Under the pieces are notes generated by a model. The model did not search any database and was not told where the DNA came from. It saw only the letters and a list, made by a program, of their open reading frames with translations. From Cyanophora paradoxa CCMP329 (lineage: Eukaryota; Plantae; Glaucophyta), in NCBI GenBank assembly GCA_004431415.1, contig QPMI01000524.1, positions 1 through 64,000 on the forward strand: a stretch of 64,000 nt of DNA. The letters run 5' to 3'. Positions 27,739-38,552 of the stretch are shown here, piece after piece (the stretch's first letter is position 1; each line of letters opens with the position of its first letter). The translations under genes were made by a program, and so were the position numbers.

Positions 27739-30434
27739 GCACCCCGCCCATTTCGAGGGTGGGAAATCCGAATCTGAAGTTCTCGTCAGCTCGTCCATTC
27801 TCATATGCTCAGCGCGGCGACTTTGCACTTCTTTGCTCATGATCATGATCATATGCATGAGTCTCCAGCTGCCATTAAAAGAATACTGGGTTCCTGGCAC
27901 ATGTCTCACAGTGTAAGCACCCGGAGATGATATCAGCGCCCCACTGTGCACGTGTATCTGTAGAGTATTTGACGAGAAGCTCAGGGCTCCCGGGCATTGC
28001 GGCGGGGAAGAACGACTCCCTTATAGGGTTTCTCCCGAGATCAATTTTGAGAGCCGATTCCCAGTCCGCCCGTGCCTTTCCAGCTCAGATGCCAACGGAT
28101 ACGAGTCATTTGATAGCGTGTTAGATAGGGCCTCAACGTGATTACCGGCTGCCGGGCTTCTATTCGCATTTCCTGGCGCGCGGGAAGGCCTCAAAATGCC
28201 CGCCAAAAATAATGGCGACTTGCCCTGCAAAATAATGCACGGCACGCTACGAGCTAGCTTGCGGCCTGCGCCGACCTCAAAATCAAATCCAGCACTGTCA
28301 AGAACCCCCGAAAGCGTCTCATCGCCCGGATGTAACTTGTCAGATAAGATGCTATCCTTGGTGATTTCCGAAGTTTCTGTCCTCGAGGCCTCTTCGGGGC
28401 AAGTTGACAGTCTCGGAGAGCTCGCTTGACCTGACGCCGCTCCGTCATCTTGGTCCGCGACTGACTCCACATTTGCACCCCGCCCATTTCGAGGGTGGGG
28501 AATCCGAATCTGAAGTTCTCGTCAGCTCGTCCGTTCTCATATGCTCAGCGCGGCGACTTCGCACTTCTTTGCTCATGATCATGATCATGAGTCTCTAGCT
28601 GCCATTAAAAGAATACTGGGTTCCTGGCACATGTAAGCACCCGGAGATGATATCAGCGCCCCACTGTGTATCTGTAGAGTATTTGACGAGAAGCTCAGGG
28701 CTCCCGGGCATTGCGGCGGGGAAGAACGACTCCCTTATAGGGTTTCTCCCGAGATCAATTTTGAGAGCCGATTCCCAGTCCGCCCGTGCCTTTCCAGCTC
28801 AGATGCCAACGGATACGAGTCATTTGATAGCGTGTTAGATAGGGCCTCAACGTGATTACCGGCTGCCGGGCTTCTATTCGCATTTCCTGGCGCGCGGGAA
28901 GGCCTCAAAATGCCCGCCAAAAATAATGGCGACTTGCCCTGCAAAATAATGCACGGCACGCTACGAGCTAGCTTGCGGCCTGCGCCGACCTCAAAATCAA
29001 ATCCAGCACTGTCAAGAACCCCGAAAGCGTCTCATCGCCCGGATGTAACTTGTCAGATAAGATGCTATCCTTGGTGATTTCCGAAGTTTCTGTCCTCGAG
29101 GCCTCTTCGGGGCAAGTTGACAGTCTCGGAGAGCTCGCTTGACCTGACGCCGCTCCGTCATCTTGGTCCGCGACTGACTCCACATTCGCACCCCGCCCAT
29201 TTCGAGGGTGGGGAATCCGAATCTGAAGTTCTCGTCAGCTCGTCCGTTCTCATATGCTCAGCGCGGCGACTTCGCACTTCTTTGCACATGATCATGATCA
29301 TGAGTCTCTAGCTGCCATTAAAAGAATACTGGGTTCCTGGCACATGTAAGCACCCGGAGATGATATCAGCGCCCCACTGTGTATCTGTAGAGTATTTGAC
29401 GAGAAGCTCAGGGCTCCCGGGCATTGCGGCGGGGAAGAACGACTCCCTTATAGGGTTTCTCCCGAGATCAATTTTGAGAGCCGATTCCCAGTCCGCCCGT
29501 GCCTTTCCAGCTCAGATGCCAACGGATACGAGTCATTTGATAGCGTGTTAGATAGGGCCTCAACGTGATTACCGGCTGCCGGGCTTCTATTCGCATTTCC
29601 TGGCGCGCGGGAAGGCCTCAAAATGCCCGCCAAAAATAATGGCGACTTGCCCTGCAAAATAATGCACGGCACGCTACGAGCTAGCTTGCGGCCTGCGCCG
29701 ACCTCAAAATCAAATCCAGCACTGTCAAGAACCCCGAAAGCGTCTCATCGCCCGGATGTAACTTGTCAGATAAGATGCTATCCTTGGTGATTTCCGAAGT
29801 TTCTGTCCTCGAGGCCTCTTCGGGGCAAGTTGACAGTCTCGGAGAGCTCGCTTGACCTGACGCCGCTCCGTCATCTTGGTCCGCGACTGACTCCACATTC
29901 GCACCCCGCCCATTTCGAGGGTGGGGAATCCGAATCTGAAGTTCTCGTCAGCTCGTCCGTTCTCATATGCTCAGCGCGGCGACTTCGCACTTCTTTGCAC
30001 ATGATCATGATCATGAGTCTCTAGCTGCCATTAAAGAATACTGGGTTCCTGGCACATGTAAGCACCCGGAGATGATATCAGCGCCCACTGTGTATCTGTA
30101 GAGTATTTGACGAGAAGCTCAGGGCTCCGGGCATTGCGGCGGGGAAGAACGACTCCCTTATAGGGTTTCTCCCGAGATCAATTTTGAGAGCCGATTCCCA
30201 GTCCGCCCGTGCCTTTCCAGCTCAGATGCCAACGGATACGAGTCATTTGATAGCGTGTTAGAAAGGGCCTCAACGTGATTACCGGCTGCCGGGCTTCTAT
30301 TCGCATTTCCTGGCGCGCGGGAAGGCCTCAAAATGCCCGCCAAAAATAATGGCGACTTGCCCTGCAAAATAATGCACGGCACGCTACTAGCTAGCTTGCG
30401 GCCTGCGCCGACCTCAAAATCAAATCCAGCACTG
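27739..30434. repeat. 713-bp tandem repeat, ~3.75 copies
   Basis: Unit start GCACCCCGCCCATTTCGAGG at 27739, 28475, 29188 and 29901; copies near-identical. Confidence 0.97.
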
Positions 30435-30444
30435 AGAGCCTAGT

Positions 30445-33143
30445 GCCCGCCCGCCGCACCTCTGCCCCGCCCGGAGAGCCGCGCCTCCGCCCCGCCCGGC
30501 GAACCGCGCCGCCGCCCGCCGCGCCCCCGGCCCGCCTGGCGAGCCGCGCGGCCGCCCGCCGAGCGTCTGCCCCGGTCCGCGAGCCGCCGCCGCCGCCGGC
30601 CGCGCCTCCGTCCGCCCGCGAGCCGCCTCCGCCGCCCGCCGCGCCTCCGCCCCGCCCAGCGGAGCCTCGCGGCCGCCCGCCGCGCCTCCGCCCGGCCCGG
30701 CGAGCTGCCCCGCCGCCTGCCGCGCCTCCGCCCCGCCCGGCGAGCCGCCGACGCCGCTTGCTGCGCCTCCATCCCGCCCCGCGAGCCGCCGCCGCCGCCC
30801 GCCGCGCCTCCGCCCCGCCAAGCGAGGCGCGCCGCCGCCCGCCGCGCCTCCGCCCGGCCCGCGAGGCGCGCGGCCGCCCGCCGAGCGTCTGCCCCGCCAC
30901 TCGCTGCCGCCCGCGAGGATCCATCCCGCTCCGCGAGCCGCGCCGCCGCCCGCCGCGCCCCGGCCCACCTGGCGAGCCTCGCCGCCGCCCGCCGCGCCTC
31001 CGCCACGCCCAGCGGAGCCTCGCGGCCGCCCGCCGCGCCTCCGCCGGCCCGGCAAGCTGCCTCCGCCGCCTGCCGCGCCTCCGCCCCGCCCGGCGAGCCG
31101 CCGACGCCACCCGCCGCGCCCCGGCCCGCCTGGCGAGCCGTGCGGCCGCCCGCCGCGCCTCTGCCCCGCCCGGCGAGCCGCGCCGCCACGCGCCGCGCCT
31201 CCGGCCGCCCGCCCGCCTCCGCGAGCTGCAGCGCCGCAGGAAGCGCCTCCGCCCTATCCTGGAATTCACGCGGCCGCCTGCCGCGCCTCCGGATCCGCCC
31301 CGCCCCGCGAGCGGCGTCGCCAACCACCGCACCCAGCCCATGGGCTTCACGCGGCGTTTTCCGGTATCCTGTGTTACCGGCGCGCCCCGTCAGCGACGCG
31401 TACGCGTCCCGTCAGCGACGCGCACGGGCCCAGCCGGCTCACCCAGGCAGTGTAGAAGAATGTCTCCCAAACTGCGACGATCCGAGGCGGCTCACCCATC
31501 CTGGCGATCTGGGCCTCGTCAGCTACGCGCTCGCGCGTCGCTGGCCAAATGCTGTGCTTGGCAGGCGCACCGAGGCGACCGCCGATCGGGAGGTTGCGTC
31601 GGTCCGCGCGCTCACGCAGCGCCCGGCCAGTCCAGAGTCAGAGGCACTGCGTGAGCATCTTAGAGGGACGCGCTATGAACCGAAACATGTGAGAGAGCTC
31701 CGCCGGCCGGCGTGCACCTCAACCCTCCAAATCGACCGCGGGGCTGTCTGGTAGAGATACTGCGGATGTAAGTGAGCTGAAAGCCACGCAAAGAACCCGG
31801 CCAGCACGGCGAAGTCACCCAGCGCGGGGTTGCGGGCCTGCAGCTGGTCGACGTCGATCTAGCTGTGGATCGGCGCGGCGCAGGGACGACGCTACGGGGG
31901 GAGCTGGACCCATGATTACAAGCTCACGTGCTTGTAGCTGCCTCGCGCTGCGTGCTGCGAGCACGCGCGAAGGTGCCGCAGCGGGAGGCGCTCCGGACCG
32001 AGGGCCAGGTCGAGCCGTTGGCAATCGCTTCAGGCGGCTTCGGAAAGCTATACTACGGCGCGGCTGCCGCGGCGGCCCTGCCGCTGTGGGCCTCACAAGG
32101 CTTTTCCCAACAGTCGTGTACCCCAAACTTGCTGCCTTGAAGCGCCTTCATGTGCCTTGCTGCCAGCAGCTGCAGCCTCGACTGAAGGCTGCCGCGCGGA
32201 CGCGCTTCACTCTCACAGCGGCTCGGTTCGTTGGCTCCTCCGGGGTCTCGCAGCGCTGCCCGCGTCTCTGATTCCGCTTTTCAAACCAGGTCGAACGGAC
32301 TTGCTGCCGCCGCAGCGAACTTCGTCGGCTTCCAGCGCGAACGATGCTCGAAGGTCCTCTCTTGCATCCTCTGGCGCCTCTCGCCGCCTGTCGCCCGCCT
32401 GATTTCAAACGCAGAGCGCTGCTTCAGGGTGGCTGGCGCCCGGTTGCGGCCGCGAACGCTCGCGAACGCATCGCTGTCGACCTCCTTGTTGCCTTTTTTG
32501 TCCATTCCTCCCGCGGCTGTCGCCAGTGGGCGTTCTGCCGCTGACAGGCACGCGCGGAACGTAGGCGGCGGCTGCGGAGGCGAAGCAAGGTGCTTTTCGT
32601 TTCCTCTCCTTTGATTCAATCCCTCATTTCGCTGGCGGGCCAGGGAGCGGGCGTGACTGGTCCCGCGAGCAGAACACCACCGCCCAGTTCGCCCGGCGCC
32701 TTCTTCCGCAGGCCAGGTGCTCGCTCTTGTCTCCACTGCTCGCCCTTTGATCTTGTTGTAACGCCGGCGGCGTGCGCAGCGCAGTGCGTGCCGCTTTCCG
32801 GACGTGTGGCCCGTGGCTGCTGGGATCGGCCTCGGAGTTCATGCTTGCGGCCGCTCGGGCGCAGGTGCGGTCGTTTGCTGTCGCGCATATTTCTTCTCTT
32901 TCGATCCGAGCGCAGCGAGCTCTTCGCCCTCGCCCTCGCCCTCGCGGTCGCGGTCGCGGGCTGCCGGGCGCCTCGGAGATCATGCTTTCGGCCGCTCGGG
33001 CCGAGGTGCGGTCGTTCGCCGGCGCGGACGCTTCTTTTCTTTCGATTGACTCTCCAAGCGCAGCGAGCGCGTCGCTCTCGCCATCAGCGGACGCGGAGCG
33101 ATCGCAAGCTGATCTTCTGCCTCCTCTCCTCGCCGAGGTGCAT
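30445..33143 (-). repeat. right arm of ~2.7-kb inverted repeat
   Basis: Reverse complement of 24914-27608 with small indels and a rearranged minisatellite. Confidence 0.95.
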
Positions 33144-33774
33144 AGCCGCCTGCGTGCCGGCCTTTTCCTCTTTCCATTCGATTTAAGCTCTCGCTCACCG
33201 CGATGCGCATGGCGCAGCGAGGGCGGCGAGGTGCAGAACGACCTGGTGCGGGCCGCATCGCTTCACCCGTTATCCTCCAGCTTCTGACTCGCCCTTTGTT
33301 GCAGGGTTTATACTTCTTCCGGGGCCAGGGTAGGGTTTATATTTGCAGGACTAGGCAGGGCTAGGCCAGAGTAGGGATCATATTTGCGATGTGACATGTA
33401 TGCATAGGTGTGTGCATGCAGATCATGAATTAGGCGGCCCGCACGATATGTGAAAATAGGTGGCCTGCAGATTAACTAATTTATATAGATGCAAAAAGCC
33501 AATGCCAGATGTACATGTGTTCTGGCCCGCCTATAGCTAGTCATGGGCCGTCAGGGCCTATATATAGCTATATAGGCTATAGTGTAGCTGACCTATGCCT
33601 GTGCATGCGACTTGCAGCTGGATCCCCCGGAGATCCTCCACTAGTACTGGCTCAATATTTATACAAGATAATCTACAAATCAATAATCCTAATATGAAGA
33701 ATATTAATCAATTTATCGACAAACCTGGCGATATATCAATATATATTAATATATCAAGTATCGACAGATTTATA

Positions 33775-34114
33775 TCGACTGATTTTGTCGACCGATTCTG
33801 TCGCAGAATCAGTCGATAAAATTCGACTGATTCGGTCGACCGATTCTGGCGCAGAATCAGTCGATCGACTGATTCTGTCGATCGACTGATTTTGTCGACC
33901 GATTCTGGCGCAGAATCAGTCGATAAAATTCGACTGATTCGGTCGACCGATTCTGGCGCAGAATCAGTCGATCGACTGATTCTGTCGATCGACTGATTTT
34001 GTCGACCGATTCTGGCGCAGAATCAGTCGATAAAATTCGACTGATTCGGTCGACCGATTCTGGCGCAAAATCAGTCGATCGACTGATTCTGTCGATCGAC
34101 TGATTCTGTCGACC
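33775..34114. repeat. right subterminal 107-bp tandem array
   Basis: Same unit and same orientation as 23801-24199, about 3 copies. Confidence 0.95.
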
Positions 34115-34418
34115 AAGTATTGCAATACTCCAAAAGTGCAGATATAGGCCACGGTCGTTCGGCAGACATGGGTACCGAATAATCAACGCGGCAGGCGGGC
34201 TAGCCTAGTAGTACGATTAAATGACAAAGAGTTAAACTGAGCGTTCAAGCACAGCATACCGCAATCACGGTCATGCACGAATGCGCGCGTTCAAGCATGG
34301 TATTCGCAAACTCCCGGAGCCAAACAAGAGCAGGCTGCGCGCGTTCATGATCAAGCATGGTAGTCGCAAGTTCCCGCGCCGGAGCTCCGACGTCGACGTG
34401 CCTGACACTAAGGGCGCT

Positions 34419-35790
34419 GGTCAGAGAGATGGAGACCTAAGGGAGGGGTGGGGTGCTTGAGGGTGGCGGCGACTGAGGGTGGCGGGGAGCTCGAGGGCGG
34501 CGAGGTGGAACAATGAGAATACGAGACGGGGTGAAAAAAGGGACTTTCGCAGCACAGCGAACAGTAGTAGGGGGGCATATAGAGAACGGACGGATAGACT
34601 ACTGAGGGGGGGGAGGGGGGCGATCTTAAAATTACGGGCGGCTGGTCAGAGAAATGGAGACCTAAGGCAGATGCAGGGGTGGTGCCCTAAAGGGTGGCGG
34701 CGACTGAGGCGGCGGAGAGCACGAGGCTGGCGGGGCGGAGCAACGAGGACCTGAGACGGGGTGACCAGGGGGACTTTCATACCACAGAGGGTGATGATAT
34801 GACACAGGGCGGCGGGTCAGAGCGATGGAGACCTTTTTTTTTGCAAGAGCCCAACCGGGCAATGTTCGTATTAAGGACAACAACAGCCGCCCCGTCGCTT
34901 GCATCGACTGGGGGGGGCGCCTAGGCTAGCTCTGAGGCTCTGCGGAATAGAGGGAAGACGTCCTGCTATCTTATCCTAGCTGTGAGCTATCGATCTGCGG
35001 CTTGAGGAGGGCCTGATGCGCTGGTGTCCTTGGTCCTGTGGAAAAGGAGGGAAGGGGGAAGGCGAGGCGCACGGGGTGCGGGAGGTCGGCAGGGGGCGAG
35101 GCGTAGGGAGGGGGAGAAGGGCAGGGAGTGGGGTACACGGAGCGCTGGAGGGTGGCGGGAGTGAGGCGTTCGAATCGGGAAGCTGAGGGGCGCGCGGGCG
35201 GGAAGGGTGACGGGCCGGGAGCGGGGCAAGGCGCTGGAGCCGGAGGGCGGGGGCGGGATGCTGGAGCAGGAGGGTGGGGGCAGGGCGCTGGACCGGAGGG
35301 CGGGGGTGGGGCGTTGGAGACGGAGGGCGGGGGCGGGGCGCTGGAGCTGGAGGACAGGGGCTGGGCGCTGGAGGCGGGGGGCGGGGGCGGGGCGCTGGAG
35401 CTGGAGGAGCGATGGAGACCTATATAGCTAAGGGAGGGGTGGAGCGCTTGAGGGTGGCGTGCGGCGACTGAGGGTGGTGGGGAGCTCGAGGGCGGCAGGG
35501 CGGAGACAGGGTGACAGAGGGGACTTTCACAACACAACGAACAATAGCAGGGGAGCATATAGAGTACGGTTGGCTAGACTACCGAGGGGGTGGCGATCTT
35601 AAAATTACGGGTGGTGGGTCAGAGCGATGGAGACCTAAGGGAGGGGTGGTGCCCAAAAGGGTGGCGGCGACTGAGGGCAGCGGAGAGCACGACAGCGGCG
35701 GGACGGAGCAAGCTAAGGGGAGCCTGAGACGGGGTGGGAAGGGGACTCTCACAGCACAACGAACAGTAGCAGGGGAGCAAATAGAGTATG
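34419..35790. repeat. degenerate ~220-bp tandem repeat (~4 copies) interrupted by a retroposon
   Basis: GGTCAGAG(A/C)(G/A)ATGGAGACCT heads at 34419, 34643, ~34816 and 35617, with shared internal blocks (GATCTTAAAATTACGGG, GGGGACT). Confidence 0.8.
34835..35406 (-). mobile_element. SINE-like or 5'-truncated non-LTR retroposon (~570 bp)
   Basis: 15-bp TSD GAGCGATGGAGACCT (34820-34834 and 35407-35421); poly(T) run at 34834-34842 is a poly(A) tail on the minus strand. Confidence 0.8.
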
Positions 35791-35799
35791 ATACGTAGA

Positions 35800-36516
35800 T
35801 TACAAGACACAGAGACACTGCTGCAGATGAGGGAGTGCAATGCGAACTAGTTCATGTACAGGTAGTCTAGCATCGAGCCGTACAATCGGAATTCGACGCT
35901 GGTCTTCCAGCTCATTAAGCCACTCAGCATACAATTTTGACAAGCCTGGAATAGTCCGGATGGTCTCTTGTGAATCTCCCCGACTGCATGCACGACGCTG
36001 ACAGAGCTCACTTGACGCATCCAGATATACTATCATAATCGGATCGGGAAACGCAAGACAAGCATACGTTTCTTGAAGCAAGTCGCGCTCGTGAAGGGTG
36101 AGATTGCCACGAGCGTGCCAGTAGGATGAGAAGATAGTATTTGAAGAATAATGACATCGCTCGACCAGGCCGATGATCGGAGGACTGCCAGTGCTAACGC
36201 TAGCGCTGTTGGCAATCGATAATTGGCGAAGGTGATCAGCATGAGACAGTAACGCTCGAAGCTGCATGCCAAGTACAGCGCCTGGTCTAGGGCCACCAGG
36301 CGCAAAAATACCGTCCAACCACGGCTGCCAAATATGCAGAGGCTCCGGGAATACACGAAACTGGGAGTGGCAGTTTGCTTCGACGGCTGCAGAAACTAGC
36401 TCTGCAATGAGCGTGCTTTTACCAGCTCCCGGCGGCGCTTCGAACGATACATATGGACGCGCTGTTGCAGGCACCGGTCGGCGTACTGTGAGCGGGAAAT
36501 CTACTAACGACTGCAT
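35800..36516 (-). CDS. deoxynucleoside kinase (dNK/TK2 family), intronless
   Basis: P-loop VSFEAPPGAGKST, FPEPLHIW, MQL, LVERCHYSS, PDPIMIVYLDASSELCQRRACSRG and IVRLDA; probable start MQSLV at 36516. Confidence 0.88.
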   Translation of the reverse strand: MQSLVDFPLTVRRPVPATARPYVSFEAPPGAGKSTLIAELVSAAVEANCHSQFRVFPEPLHIWQPWLDGIFAPGGPRPGAVLGMQLRALLSHADHLRQLSIANSASVSTGSPPIIGLVERCHYSSNTIFSSYWHARGNLTLHERDLLQETYACLAFPDPIMIVYLDASSELCQRRACSRGDSQETIRTIPGLSKLYAEWLNELEDQRRIPIVRLDARLPVHELVRIALPHLQQCLCVL

Positions 36517-36576
36517 GGACTTAGGGTGAGAAGCAGACGAAAAAAGTGAACAGGGGTACAGGCAAAACATGGACAC

Positions 36577-37282
36577 GTGCACATAGAAGATAGTCGCAAG
36601 CACAGCACTAGTACGCAAGCAGCGAACGCGCGTTGCAGTGCGGAACTGAATCTGAGCAGTACCGAAATAACGTCGCTGGCAAATTTCGCGGAGTGCAGCC
36701 GGTGTCACGCAGCGCACTCTGACAGGTCGGCACGTCCTATGTCTGCCGGTCGCACGCTTAGTCAGTTGCAGGTCATCGACTTCAAAGTCCGGTACCCTGA
36801 ATTCATAAAGGAGCAAGGGGTGCCACCCAACAAACCGGATGTGCGCTTCCCTTACCAGCTACTTCGCGCCACTGCCTCAGCGGTTGGCTGCAGCTGCTCA
36901 TTATAACACGATGATTCACGAGGGGAACGAGGTCCAGCTGTTCATGACCATGTCGCCAACTACTACGTATTGGGAGCAGCTACTCGGCCTGCATGCAAAC
37001 GGAATCGCGGAGAAATTGCCAGATACGGATACGGCTATAACCACATTCGACGGGAGTGGTGTCGCGACCTCTTTCCAGCAAGATCAGTACCAACTGATCA
37101 CTGCAGCTGTACCAGTCGCAGCACACGAGGACAGTGAGGATGATATGCCAGCACTGGAAATCGGCATGCCACACTTTTACATAGGGATCAACGCCATTTC
37201 CGCCGCGACCGATCCTCCAGCAGTATACTCTCATGAGCATTCGTTGATCTGGCTAGTAGGGGCGGTGCGGCGTGAAGAATAA
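36577..37282 (+). CDS. possible RPA70 C-terminal-like OB-fold ssDNA-binding protein
   Basis: CSRC motif, then (after a probable intron ~36841-36880) HYNTMIHEGNEVQLFMT...WEQLLGLHANGIAEKL, resembling the RPA70-C pattern YxLxxxIxDxTG...AEQLLGxSAxEL; by-eye similarity only. Confidence 0.35.
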
Positions 37283-37340
37283 AAATTCGATCGATTAAAT
37301 GGACATATCGCTAAACGAGGGCATCATAGTCATATCTATT

Positions 37341-38552
37341 CTACGGTATCAATGCAGAGTAATGGTGGTTCTGTATAGAAAGTAGAGAACCGTCGCAGTG
37401 AAAGATCCCGTGGTAGAGTAGACACAAGGGACGGTGATAACGGATGAGAGGAGGGACGTGAAAAGTTCCATCAATCCCTGTGTGTATATACGGGAAACGT
37501 CGGGAGGCACTCCTATCTTCAAAAAAAATCATGATAGGTCTACACAAGTAGGCCGAACAGAAGGCGACTTCCAGATTTGTAGCTGCACGGGCGTTATAAT
37601 GACATGAGTAGTTTCTGGTTAGTAGGCAGCACACACCGTCTGTACCGGGCTCTCGCATGCGGTTGCAGTATGCGGTAATGATATTCGCACCTTGATTGAG
37701 ACCTTGCGCGCCGTTTGGAGCGACTGGGGCGTCGGGAATTGCAGCGGAGTATAATAGGGGTAGAAAGGATGGAGAGGACTAGTTGACATCATCAGGTCAA
37801 CAACACCTGCCCGTAGTGTATCCGCAAAGAAACATTTCTCTGATTTCCGCTGTAAGACAGGGAAGGTCCCTTCAGCAGATAACCCGTCGATGATGGATAG
37901 GAACATGCAGCGGCCTGCACCAGAATTGCTGCGAATTTCGACGTATTGGAATGGAGCTCTAGATATAAATGAAAGGTCTAGATAATTACTGACCTGACAG
38001 GAACAAGGTAAGGGGACACTACGTTTGGAGGCAGCGTCCCTTGCGTTACCATGGCAGATATGCGCTCTGCCATAATATGAACCACAGAAGATTGGATATG
38101 AGTTGAGGAAGGTGCAGCAGGGACAACAACAGTGTTGGTAGAGTGGAAGACAGCATGAACGGGAGGTGCGGGACCACTAGAAGCTGCATGTGCAAAAACC
38201 GAGTCCAGACGGCGAGGAAGGAGATCATGCGACAAGAAGGGGACGGTGCAGGGTGTAGATGGCGAAAGTAATGGACCCAGGGACGGACAGGGGCACTAGA
38301 GGAAGAAACCGGATGAGAAGTGTGGATAACTGACGTAATCGCAGTTCCAGCTACGTTGGCCCGTTTCGGACAGGATGAGGTGACCGAATCGTTTAATTTG
38401 CGTTTCGGTGTCACAGGGGTTGGTTGTGAACTTGAAGCAGGGGCGTTTGTAGAACCCTGTTTCTTCGGGGTACCAACTTGTTTTGATGATCCGGAATTTG
38501 CAGCTTTGAGGCGATAGTATTCCATGACTGACGGCGGCTTGGCAACTGGCAT
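37341..38552 (-). CDS. OTU-family cysteine protease (deubiquitinase-like) with S/P-rich N-terminus, multi-exon
   Basis: Spliced translation: EIRSNSGAGRCMFLSI (Cys codon 37907-37909)...ADTLRAGVVDLM...RMREPGTDATNLEVAFCSAYLCRPIMIF...LCLLYHG...HHYSALIP*. Confidence 0.75.

Larger units (their letters stand above)
23768..34146. mobile_element. non-autonomous TIR DNA transposon (IS3EU- or hAT-like termini), 10.4 kb
   Basis: Perfect 30-bp TIRs TATATCTGCACTTTTGGAGTATTGCAATAC (23768-23797 and 34117-34146); 6-bp direct repeat GGCCAC at 23762-23767 and 34147-34152; subterminal arrays; no transposase seen. Confidence 0.85.

Noticed and set aside
26377-27951. Long Arg/Pro/Ala/Gly-rich ORFs here and at 30391-31654
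   Set aside because: They are open in nearly all frames because the GC-rich minisatellite lacks stop codons.
24914-33143. Inverted repeat as a simple fold-back read chimera
   Set aside because: The centre is an asymmetric tandem array, the outer flanks differ, and the structure is enclosed by TIRs with a TSD; read-level confirmation is still advisable.
33620-33648. Hairpin plus CTAG resembling a canonical Helitron 3' end, and ACTAGTACT repeated at ~24492-24506 as a possible TSD
   Set aside because: The stem is short and imperfect, it is on the opposite strand to RepHel, and there is no matching 5' end or TIRs; unsupported without other copies.
36517-36816. N-terminal 100-aa extension of the dNK ORF
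   Set aside because: Non-ATG start, no homology signal, and it overlaps the plus-strand gene; the ATG at 36516 fits family length.
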